From positions 1 through 35,094 of the forward strand of contig JAKAIQ010000001.1 in the NCBI GenBank assembly GCA_021825035.1: a DNA stretch of 35,094 nucleotides, read 5' to 3'. The stretch's first letter is position 1. Each line of letters opens with the position of its first letter. Positions 7,701 through 15,328 of the stretch are shown in pieces. Below the pieces are notes generated by a model, which worked only from the letters and a program-made list of their open reading frames with translations, made no database searches and was not told the DNA's origin. This DNA is from Deltaproteobacteria bacterium. GTDB lineage: Bacteria; Desulfobacterota; GWC2-55-46. The translations under genes were made by a program, and so were the position numbers.

Positions 7701-9446
7701 TTTATGCTTCAACGTCTCGCCCAAGTCATATTCCGGACCCTTCACGTCAACCGCCTTTATGGTCTCCTCTGGGGCCAGGCGTATTCGCTTGCCGTCCTTC
7801 AGGACCAGGAACCCGTCCTCATCGTAGCCCTCGACCCGGTAGGTATCGCTCTCGGTCTTTACCTCCATGCCGGGCATAAGGTCGGCCTCGTTGACATCCA
7901 CCGGTTCGCCAGTTGGCTTGGCCCCGAAGTTCTGTCTCTTGATATGCTCCATCGCGGCGTCGGCAATGAACTGCTGGTTTGTGGTGAGCGGCTTCCCGTC
8001 GAGTATCTTCTGGAGCGCGGGAATAACGTCTTTCTTGGATAGACCCTCGAACGGCTTGGGCATACCCGCCCCGTCTACCTGCCAGCGGTTCATCTCCGCC
8101 CCGTAGGTAGCCGACATCGTTTTCTGGACATCGTTCCCGTCCAGGCGCGACATTATCTTCTTCTTGGGCGCGGCCTGCTTAACATCCTCAAGCATCCCCT
8201 CGATGCCAGTCCTGATGGTGCCTTCCGGGTCTGGAAGCTCATAGCCGTAGTTCTGGGTCAGGTCGGAGGCGTGTGCCTTGATAAAGTCGTTCTCCGCCTT
8301 TGGCTTGAGCGGCTGCTGCTCCGGCACAGTAGCGGGTGCGGCCGCCTCTGTATGACGCGGCATAACCCCTGCCGGTCCCGGCGTCGGCTCTGGGGGCGCG
8401 AATAGCATCTGGCCTATCCTGTGCGCAGCCTGCTCGTTTTTCACGGATAACGGGTTCTTGTCTCCCGGCATACGCACCGGCTCGCCCGTCGCGCGGTCGA
8501 ATATCAGGAAGCGGCCCTTGAGTTTGCCCTTGCCCTGTATGACCTCATACGGCGATTCCGACGCGGCTGCGGCCGCCTCTGCGGGCGCAATAGGGGCCGG
8601 GGCTACTCCGGGCGAGGGTACCGGTGTTGGCGCCTCCTGCGGCACCTCCGCTGCTCTCGGCATAATACCGCCCTGCCCTATCGGGAAGGCCGATGACCTG
8701 ACTGCCTTCGGGGGCGGTATGTATGTATCGTTGGGGTTCGCGTTCCTGCCAAGCTGCTCGGCCGACGAGCGGGCTGGCCTCTGGTTGTATCTGGCGGCCT
8801 CCGCGTTCGCCCTCGCGTCCTCGGCGTCGCGCATGGCCTTCATGCGGCTCATAAGGCCCGCAGTCGGGTCCGAGACGTATGCCTTCGGGGTAAAGCTTCT
8901 CTCGGCGCTGTCAAGGTGGCTGGTAACCTCGGCGGGGGCGCTCATTGCCGGGACGGGACGCCCTCCCGCCGCGCGCGCTCCCTCAACCCCTATGCCAGCC
9001 AGCATGGACAGGTCCGCCAGCGTTGGTATGAGATTGTCGCCGGAGAACGCCGCCTTCGGGTTTCTCGCTATGTCGGCGTAATGCCTCGGCAGGGCCGTGA
9101 CGCCCTCAACCGCCTGCTGTCCGGCCTCCCTCAGGCTGCCCGGCAGGTAATGGGCGTATTTCTTCTGCACATCCTCGCCGCGAGCGAGCGAACCGAATAT
9201 GCCGGTCGGGTCAAGCATCCCTTCCGCGACTCTGGATGCTCCGCGCAGGTCAGACATAATGCCGGAGCCTATGTCCGAGACTGTCTTGCCCACCACGTCG
9301 CGCATGAATGAAGGCTTATCGCTTGCCGGTGCCATAACCGCCGTCGGTGCGGAGGCACTGCCTGAGAACGGGTCATGGTCAATGGGGACAAGCTTGGGTG
9401 CCTCCTGTTTGAACGGGTCATGGTCAATGGGTATAAGACTTGGCAT
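4788..9446 (-). CDS. giant virion-associated protein (1552 aa), candidate internal/ejection or polyvalent protein
   Basis: Uninterrupted ORF. Duplicated N-terminal PIDHDPF motif, long Ala/Pro-rich linkers and a C-terminal region of about 600 aa that looks globular. No enzymatic motif recognised. Confidence 0.85.
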   Translation of the reverse strand: MPSLIPIDHDPFKQEAPKLVPIDHDPFSGSASAPTAVMAPASDKPSFMRDVVGKTVSDIGSGIMSDLRGASRVAEGMLDPTGIFGSLARGEDVQKKYAHYLPGSLREAGQQAVEGVTALPRHYADIARNPKAAFSGDNLIPTLADLSMLAGIGVEGARAAGGRPVPAMSAPAEVTSHLDSAERSFTPKAYVSDPTAGLMSRMKAMRDAEDARANAEAARYNQRPARSSAEQLGRNANPNDTYIPPPKAVRSSAFPIGQGGIMPRAAEVPQEAPTPVPSPGVAPAPIAPAEAAAAASESPYEVIQGKGKLKGRFLIFDRATGEPVRMPGDKNPLSVKNEQAAHRIGQMLFAPPEPTPGPAGVMPRHTEAAAPATVPEQQPLKPKAENDFIKAHASDLTQNYGYELPDPEGTIRTGIEGMLEDVKQAAPKKKIMSRLDGNDVQKTMSATYGAEMNRWQVDGAGMPKPFEGLSKKDVIPALQKILDGKPLTTNQQFIADAAMEHIKRQNFGAKPTGEPVDVNEADLMPGMEVKTESDTYRVEGYDEDGFLVLKDGKRIRLAPEETIKAVDVKGPEYDLGETLKHKGPLATSNVEMPYKAAGEGLDYWKQKTDALLAEQAKPSIFDEPIGSDGQLAKERAQAEMGSAIRGPKEGAAAKAGEEGSLFTGGLAPNLFDKAKATTANSEASVQKETVAPAAAPIKSLTDLPAEKLGNLYREYADAKFGKRHPSGVRAIKKFSETAKATLGSKNPEVKAADFERFAMLRLEGEQRGAPLDATYRLFRSGAKSKVDIEKLSKTLELQGRMGGYTPVGGTGMTPSGDTFVKHMETPRSQSASYETIRRVLEPDLKNKETHSFIDTIDEGRKSGLSLSDIESEYMNGSGTSRESIAHRLRELATGYLAELDKPDLAPEQRREITARAVRAIGLDADMGTSTARELAIRRAKISSADVSEQGRIKAVQQVMRVLKRQGFSPQQIQERMGGIDLTKPEAIDRELKGLNEPNWWDKLFYIRRNAMLSRPTSWAKKALGDTSALLLKAPARGVAGVVEGVRSKIENRPQEVFATEAGRQVASTLNGIRFGAQEGLATLKNPERMKNPNIFDESGWKLAPIKGKLGEAIGIPFRIFGTVTDFFAGINYTAELHALAYRKAFMEGKRGDALVGRSAELLKNPPQDMLSRASDESKYRTFGQNLGAYSRKVAAVRNIRVLGAKPLQEVMPFFNTQINLLKFGLEHTPLNFARLGIKYKSLPPAEWAEGFGKATVGSTLLLSAYLTLKALGGDITASPANKPGEKFTKEKTAGIAPESIKPTAESDTRFSYVNLEPIATPLALTVDTINAVQGKQLSVTDAQDVFGKIAMSIGNNALDRTYSKGLRDALEALHDSNEAGYWLRNYAASYIPGAVSEVADLKDPYLREAKDMLSLFKSKVPGASETLPARYDLWGKPLKREGNALYRAVSPVWISTQSNDPVDKEIVSIGLMPGPVGQKMGSVKLTPEQYEQYATRGGQRAYQKVRELMYSPGYDTMSVDDKRDAWSSAIADGRAEVREELKGEYPELNKEQ
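9366..9431. repeat. perfect 21-nt direct repeat (9366-9386 and 9411-9431)
   Basis: gaacgggtcatggtcaatggg occurs twice, 45 nt apart. It encodes the duplicated PIDHDPF at the N-terminus of the giant ORF. Confidence 0.9.
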
Positions 9447-9447
9447 C

Positions 9448-10740
9448 TTACTGCCTCACTTCAAGGTATTTGCCGGGCCGCTTCGGGTCAGAAACGTACC
9501 ATTTGCCATCGGGGGCCTGCCTCGCGCCAGCCATCGGGGGCCTTGCGGTCGCCGCAAGCTTGGGGGGCGTCGCCGTGCTCCTTGCCGCCACGGGGGCTCT
9601 TTCGAGTTTCATCGGTGCCTCCATAGCGGCGCGGAAGAACTGCTTATTCTCGCGCACTTTCTCCTGCGCCGCTCGGCTTGCAGGCGTCAGGCCGAGAACC
9701 TTGTCCGCCTCTGCCGGGTCTATTCCGTAGTTCGCGGATATAGCATCAATCGCGTCGTAGGCTTCCGGCGTCATAGCCGCCTGGTTCATCTTCCCATGCA
9801 CGTTCATTATCCCCTGCGCCATCAGGGATGCCTTAGCCTGTGTCCCGAATTTATATAGGTTGTCCTGGTACGCTTTGCTGCCCTTCACTGGGACGCCCTC
9901 TTTATCCGCCAGCAGCTTGAGACGCCAGCCTTCCAGCGTCCTCATCTTATTCTTATCCGCGAGGTCGGCATCGTGGTAACGCTTCGTCTCTTCAAGCACC
10001 GCCGTCTCCTTTTCGAGTTCCTTCTGCTTAATCCCCCTGTCCTGAGCGCCCGTATATGCCTCATACAACCGCTTCATCAGGCCGGGCTCATTGGCCTTAT
10101 CCGCGAGTGCCATGTTGGCCGGGCTGAAAAACGCGCCCGCCTGTTCGGGAGTGGCCGTTTCAGGGTTGAAGTTCTTGGCCGCGCTCATCAGGGCCACGCC
10201 GGGATTCCGCTCCATCTCCTGCTTCGCCCGGTACTCCGCTGCCCATTCGGGGTTGCCCATCCCGGTGATGTTGCCGGATGCGTCGGTCATTAACTTAGCG
10301 GACGGGTCGGCAGCCGCAATCGAGCGGTACGCCGCCGCCTCAGCAGGGCTGGCCGCCGGGGGCGCGAAGTTCGTGCCCGGACGCGGGACCGCCCTCGGCA
10401 TAAGCTCACCGTTGCCGGGTGCAATAGGGGCAGCGGCGGGGAATGACGGCATGGCCGCCGGAGTCGCTTCCGCTACTTGGGGCGCACCACCACCAGTCAG
10501 GCCGGACAGATACCCGGACAGGCCCCTGTGGTACGTCTTGGCCGTGCCTATCGCCGCCCGGAGCACCGCAGGGTCGTCTATCTTGCCCTTGCTCAGGACG
10601 CCGCGCATCAGGTCGTCAAGCTGGCCGCTGTTCGCCTCGTGGTATGCCGCCACCGGGGCTACGGAAGTGGCAAGGGGCGGCGGCGCGGGCAGGCCCGCAT
10701 CTACCGAGGCGCGTGGCATTAAAACGTTATTGTCGGGCAT
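9448..10740 (-). CDS. hypothetical virion protein (430 aa), possible internal/ejection protein
   Basis: ORF track; Ala/Pro-rich N-third; 1-nt gap to the giant ORF. Confidence 0.75.
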   Translation of the reverse strand: MPDNNVLMPRASVDAGLPAPPPLATSVAPVAAYHEANSGQLDDLMRGVLSKGKIDDPAVLRAAIGTAKTYHRGLSGYLSGLTGGGAPQVAEATPAAMPSFPAAAPIAPGNGELMPRAVPRPGTNFAPPAASPAEAAAYRSIAAADPSAKLMTDASGNITGMGNPEWAAEYRAKQEMERNPGVALMSAAKNFNPETATPEQAGAFFSPANMALADKANEPGLMKRLYEAYTGAQDRGIKQKELEKETAVLEETKRYHDADLADKNKMRTLEGWRLKLLADKEGVPVKGSKAYQDNLYKFGTQAKASLMAQGIMNVHGKMNQAAMTPEAYDAIDAISANYGIDPAEADKVLGLTPASRAAQEKVRENKQFFRAAMEAPMKLERAPVAARSTATPPKLAATARPPMAGARQAPDGKWYVSDPKRPGKYLEVRQ

Positions 10741-10756
10741 AATCCCCCCGTAATGG

Positions 10757-11572
10757 TTAAGGCGCGTCCGTTTCCCTGGTACTCTGGTTTGTGCTTAATG
10801 TAACCGTATTACCAGTAACCGGGTTTACTTCGTCCTGTGCACCTGATATGGTCGTGGTCCTCGTGCCGGACTGGTGCGATACGCTGTCGGCTATATGTGC
10901 GCTCGTTGATACGCTTGTGAACGCCGAGGAAGCCACCTGCGACTGGAACTGCGCCACGTCCCGGAGCGATTCCACGTTTATCCTGAGCCGCTCTACGAAG
11001 TTCTGCAGCAGCACCTCGCCCTGCTTGATGGACACCTCGGCGTCGTTCCGGTTCTGGGTGATCTGCGCGTTCACCACGGCCATCTGCCACTCTATTGCCG
11101 TCTGAACTATAGTCCTGGCGAAATCGGCCGCCACCCTGTACGATGTTTCGGTCGCCTGCCGGTTGAGGTCCAGGTACTCCTGGTCAAACTTGTCCATCTC
11201 GTACAGGAGCATCGTGGCCAGCGTCCCGTCCGGCAGCGGGGCCCCGAACTCGCCCCACTGCCTCTTCACGGCGTCAAGCCTGTCGTTGAGCATCTGCTTG
11301 GCGCGTTCTATGCCTCGCTGCCATATCGCAGCCTCCACGTCCGGCGTCATCCCGGTCGAGCCGAACGTAAGCAGGCTCGCATAGGGGACGCCCGTAGGGA
11401 TAGCCGCCTGGTTCGGGTTGTTGAACGTCACGTTCGCCACTTGGCTCGCCGCCGTAACCAACGCCTGCAACGTGCCTTGCAGGCTCCCGACGTTGGCCGT
11501 CAGGCTCTGTATAATTTGAGACGTTACCAAATACTGCTGGTTTACAAGACCGCCCGCATCGTATCCTGCCAT
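10757..11572 (-). CDS. hypothetical structural protein (271 aa)
   Basis: ORF track; position in the tail block. Confidence 0.75.
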   Translation of the reverse strand: MAGYDAGGLVNQQYLVTSQIIQSLTANVGSLQGTLQALVTAASQVANVTFNNPNQAAIPTGVPYASLLTFGSTGMTPDVEAAIWQRGIERAKQMLNDRLDAVKRQWGEFGAPLPDGTLATMLLYEMDKFDQEYLDLNRQATETSYRVAADFARTIVQTAIEWQMAVVNAQITQNRNDAEVSIKQGEVLLQNFVERLRINVESLRDVAQFQSQVASSAFTSVSTSAHIADSVSHQSGTRTTTISGAQDEVNPVTGNTVTLSTNQSTRETDAP

Positions 11573-11579
11573 TTTTACC

Positions 11580-12944
11580 TCACACCGAATAAGTGCCGCA
11601 CTGCGTCACTATCGTAAACGTGCCGTTCGTCGAATCACCAGCATAATAGGGGTTAAGCTGGTTATAAGGAGCTCCCGCGAAGGATGGGGACGAAAGCAGG
11701 ACGTTCCCGTCGAAGTTGCGGAAGAACGCTTGGGTCGCCGTAGATGTCACGTTGTGGTTCGAATCCTGTGTCTTTGTGGCCCGAATTTCGAGTATCCCCT
11801 TTGAGTTAGGGTACATCTGAATCGTCGAGTTTATACCCGACAGCAGTACCACCGTGGGGTAGTTCTTCGGCAAGCTCGTCTTGTAGTTCAGGGCGCGGTC
11901 ATACCATAGCGTCTCGACCAGACTGCCGTCATAGTTCTTGGCGGCCGTGAAATAACCCTGGTTTATTACGCCCTGCGTCCTGTAATTGGTAACTCCGGTC
12001 GTGAAGGCATCGAACGCCGGATTATAGAGTCCTCCGTTTATGGCCGCAGAGATTACAGTGCGGCCGTCTTTGGCCGTCGCCGAAATCTTGTTTCCCGTTC
12101 CACCTGCCCAGTTGACGGCATAATTCAAGCTGTCGAACGACGTAGGGCGCCATGCCCAGGTATCGGGGTCGGTCATAGTCCCCGCGTTTGCGGGCTGCTG
12201 CCCGGCCTGTAAATTGAATATAGCTATGCCGCCGCCGCCCGTCAGCGGGCTCGCCGACACGAAGATGTAGGCATACTGGTCGTCCGCTATCACGTCGTAG
12301 TAGCTTGCGGAGTTCCATGTCTTGCGCACGGACAAGTCCCATCCCCACCTGACATGCCCGTCGTTTATGTCCAGCAGGTAGAACGCGCTGATGGAATCCT
12401 GGTTATAGGCCCCCGTCGTGCTGTTGTCGCGCCAGTTCGGCTCGCAAAAGACGCAGCACAGGACGCCGTACTTGGTTATACAGGCCGCCTGGAGCCCAGC
12501 CATATATGGTCTTGGGTCCGTCCCCGGCACCGAGGGCACGACGGACCCCGTAAGCTGCCATATCAGATAAGTTTTCTCCCAGATAAGCCTCATATTGGCG
12601 TCATAAAGCTTGATGAACCAGTAGAGATGCGCCCAGTCCGGGGCGTATGTCCCGCCAATGAAGAAGTTCTTGAGTTGCGGTATGTGCTGAACCTCATTCT
12701 GCGTACCCGCCACCGCTGGAGCCTGTACTATCGCAGGTGCGGTATGCACATGAATCTGCTGATAGTCGCCTATCTGCCGGGTGCCGATGCTGCTTCCAGC
12801 CGGCCTCGCCCCATGCCTCCCGACCTGCTGTAGCCCGGAGAGCCTGCGTGCATCATCCGCGAGGAAGCTCTGCCGCCTGATGCCAGCCCGGCCCTCGGCC
12901 ATCCCGCGTTCAATGTCGCCGGTATATATGATGCGCCTCGGCAT
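11580..12944 (-). CDS. hypothetical tail-associated protein (454 aa)
   Basis: ORF track; aromatic/Gly/Asn-rich, beta-rich-looking sequence. Confidence 0.75.
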   Translation of the reverse strand: MPRRIIYTGDIERGMAEGRAGIRRQSFLADDARRLSGLQQVGRHGARPAGSSIGTRQIGDYQQIHVHTAPAIVQAPAVAGTQNEVQHIPQLKNFFIGGTYAPDWAHLYWFIKLYDANMRLIWEKTYLIWQLTGSVVPSVPGTDPRPYMAGLQAACITKYGVLCCVFCEPNWRDNSTTGAYNQDSISAFYLLDINDGHVRWGWDLSVRKTWNSASYYDVIADDQYAYIFVSASPLTGGGGIAIFNLQAGQQPANAGTMTDPDTWAWRPTSFDSLNYAVNWAGGTGNKISATAKDGRTVISAAINGGLYNPAFDAFTTGVTNYRTQGVINQGYFTAAKNYDGSLVETLWYDRALNYKTSLPKNYPTVVLLSGINSTIQMYPNSKGILEIRATKTQDSNHNVTSTATQAFFRNFDGNVLLSSPSFAGAPYNQLNPYYAGDSTNGTFTIVTQCGTYSV

Positions 12945-13405
12945 TAGAGCTTCCTTCCGAGAATTGCCATCCGCATCTCCAGGTCCTTCAGGTCAAGGTC
13001 GCCGCCGTTCACATTACACACGTTGAAGCCGAGCGCCCGACTCTTGATGCCACGGCCCGGCTTGATTCTCTCCGTGCGTATGCCATCGGCGGTAGAGATT
13101 ACCGTCTGGTCGGCGGCAACAACTCCCCCGTCCGTCACGGTCTCTATCTCGATACCGGCCCCGCCGAAGTCCGCTATAACGTCCAGGACCTGCTTCAGAT
13201 TCGAGCTTCCGAAATCAGTGAGCGCAGTCTGGAAGGAGGCGACGATTGGCGTCCCGGCGTCGTCGGTGCCCTCCAGCGAGAACAGGCCGTTCGGACCAGC
13301 CGCCAGCACCTTACCCGCGAACTCGCAGAACGAGTTGAACCGGAAGTTGCCGTACTCGGTTATCGCCATCGTCTCCGTGTTTAGGACTACCGCTTGGAAC
13401 CCCAT
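12944..13405 (-). CDS. hypothetical structural protein (153 aa)
   Basis: ORF track; stop overlaps the next start. Confidence 0.7.
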   Translation of the reverse strand: MGFQAVVLNTETMAITEYGNFRFNSFCEFAGKVLAAGPNGLFSLEGTDDAGTPIVASFQTALTDFGSSNLKQVLDVIADFGGAGIEIETVTDGGVVAADQTVISTADGIRTERIKPGRGIKSRALGFNVCNVNGGDLDLKDLEMRMAILGRKL

Positions 13406-13720
13406 TTAATACCCCGCGTCGGCGTACAGATGCAGAGAAGGCGTCGGCGGCTTAGTGCCGCAGATTATCAACAGTAACGGAGTGACCGCGCCTGCGAACT
13501 TCGGCGTCGGCGGCAAAGTACCCACGTTCAGCGAGGGGAACCCGCCCGCCACCGCTGCAGAAAACGACGGGGGATTGGTTCCGACATTCAGGAAGCTGAA
13601 CGAGTTAAGCACCACCTTCGCAGCCGGGGCCTTCGTCCCCACGTTAAGGCTCGGCCGCCCATGCAGTACCATGTACGGGGCTGGAGGGGTGGTGCCTGCT
13701 ATGACCTTGAAGTCGCCCAC
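13406..13720 (-). CDS. repeat protein (104 aa) with about five GTxPP-type units
   Basis: IAGTTPPAP / LNVGTKAPA / LNVGTNPPS / LNVGTLPPT / CGTKPPTP spaced about 20 aa apart. Confidence 0.65.
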   Translation of the reverse strand: MGDFKVIAGTTPPAPYMVLHGRPSLNVGTKAPAAKVVLNSFSFLNVGTNPPSFSAAVAGGFPSLNVGTLPPTPKFAGAVTPLLLIICGTKPPTPSLHLYADAGY

Positions 13721-13723
13721 AGC

Positions 13724-14605
13724 TTAGTTCTCCGTGATGGTCGTAAGCGTGTTGCTCCACACATACGGCTGCCCGGCAGTGGTGCTCGGCGTGGCGGCCG
13801 TGTTAACCTCCATCGTCCCGTTGGCCGCCGCGTCCATGTCCCAGCGCATGTACTGGTGCGAGGAATCAAGGCCGTCGCTGTCCGCTACGGAGCCCTTGAA
13901 CCGCACCCAGGTTATCGTGCCGGTAGCGAGGCACGATAGGGTCTGGAGCGTGGCTACGCCCAGCGGGGTACCCGGTCCGAATATGCCGCCGCCCTGGAAC
14001 GCCCCCATAGGTATTCCGTTGGCGGGCGCCACGCTCGATATGAGGTTTGTGTCTCCGAAATGATTGTTCACGGTGGCTACAATCGTAGTAGTGGTCGGGT
14101 TTATCGGGAGAGTTGCGAAATTCGCACCCCCTGGGTATATTCCGGGCCAGCCGCCAGTCCCTATCGTCTTGAATGGCCCAAGTCCGGGCAGACCGAAGAT
14201 TATGATTACTCCGGAACCGCCCGACGCGGCAGAGTACCCGGTGAAGCAGGAGCCCGCGTTGATGGATGCTATGATGTCGAGCGCGGTCTGCGCGAGCGAT
14301 GTATTGAAGGCGACGGAGCCGAACGGGAGTATCTGCACGCCTCCCACCGTTATACCGTCAACCGAGCCTGAGCCGCCAGACGACAGCGTCAGTTTCCCTT
14401 GCGGCAATACCTCCGGCGTGAATCCGTTGCCGCCTACCGTTATAGTTGCGAGCTTGACGGCGTTGCCCTTCTGGTTGGCCGCCTGGTCCGCGTTGTCCGG
14501 CCGCGTCCCTGCGTAGATGTCGAGGACCCCGTTGGCGAGTGCTGCGGCGAGAGAACCGTACTGCGCAGTGAAGTTCCTTAATGCTGTCGAGCGAGAGTTG
14601 CCCAT
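13724..14605 (-). CDS. hypothetical tail/fibre-associated protein (293 aa)
   Basis: ORF track; Gly/Thr-rich; shares a module of about 55 aa with the 17520-18512 product. Confidence 0.75.
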   Translation of the reverse strand: MGNSRSTALRNFTAQYGSLAAALANGVLDIYAGTRPDNADQAANQKGNAVKLATITVGGNGFTPEVLPQGKLTLSSGGSGSVDGITVGGVQILPFGSVAFNTSLAQTALDIIASINAGSCFTGYSAASGGSGVIIIFGLPGLGPFKTIGTGGWPGIYPGGANFATLPINPTTTTIVATVNNHFGDTNLISSVAPANGIPMGAFQGGGIFGPGTPLGVATLQTLSCLATGTITWVRFKGSVADSDGLDSSHQYMRWDMDAAANGTMEVNTAATPSTTAGQPYVWSNTLTTITEN

Positions 14606-14617
14606 TTAAGACCTCCT

Positions 14618-15265
14618 CTATGGAAAAGCGATTATTGCTTTATTTATCGAACCCCTGACGAATATCGCCGCGCCCCGCGGCATTCCGGATGGGCCTCTGT
14701 ATTTCCTTGCGGATATATTCCCGAAAATCCCGTTGTTCGTTCCCCAGCACAGGCCTCCGTTGGTATACATGACAATAGTCTTCCCCTGCATGAAATCAAG
14801 TTTGCGTTTCCCGAACAGACGGCTATCGACGTATGTCCAAGCCCCTTTTATGACAGGCTTGTCATATATTTCTCGCCAATACATCTTGTCGGGATTAAGA
14901 CCGCCCAACCAGTAAACCTTTTCGGTGGTAGATATAAATATGCCGTCGTCCACTGGCGCGAACATCGTTATGTCGGCCGGGAACTGCTTGTACCCGTTGC
15001 GCATGTCCACCTGGTTCATCGCCAGGGTGTCCGTCACCCAGAGCACGTTCTTCTGGCAGATATACAGTGCTCCGTTGTAGTAGCCGATTATCTGCCCGGG
15101 CGGCGGCGCAGACTTGTATTTGGCCGTCGGCGTGTCGAAGTTATAGCCCTGGCCGTTCTTTATATATCCGATGACCGTCCCGTTCGTGTAATACACGACG
15201 CCATTGTGCGTGACAAATGACATCGGGCTGTCTCCCACCCATAACGGGTACTGCGGCTGAGCCAT
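14618..15265 (-). CDS. hypothetical structural protein (215 aa)
   Basis: ORF track; Tyr/Gly/Asn-rich. Confidence 0.7.
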   Translation of the reverse strand: MAQPQYPLWVGDSPMSFVTHNGVVYYTNGTVIGYIKNGQGYNFDTPTAKYKSAPPPGQIIGYYNGALYICQKNVLWVTDTLAMNQVDMRNGYKQFPADITMFAPVDDGIFISTTEKVYWLGGLNPDKMYWREIYDKPVIKGAWTYVDSRLFGKRKLDFMQGKTIVMYTNGGLCWGTNNGIFGNISARKYRGPSGMPRGAAIFVRGSINKAIIAFP

Positions 15266-15328
15266 GTCTATGAACCGTCCTTAGTTGTATCCATAAATCT
15301 TTACCTCGCCACTCGCCCCTTCTCCGCC

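Noticed and set aside
4788-9446. Tape-measure protein of a long-tailed phage
   Set aside because: No major tail, tail-tube or frameshifted chaperone genes precede it, and the fibre genes lie upstream rather than downstream. The sequence is rich in Pro/Ala linkers rather than continuous helical repeats. An internal or ejection protein is the better positional fit, although this is still inference.
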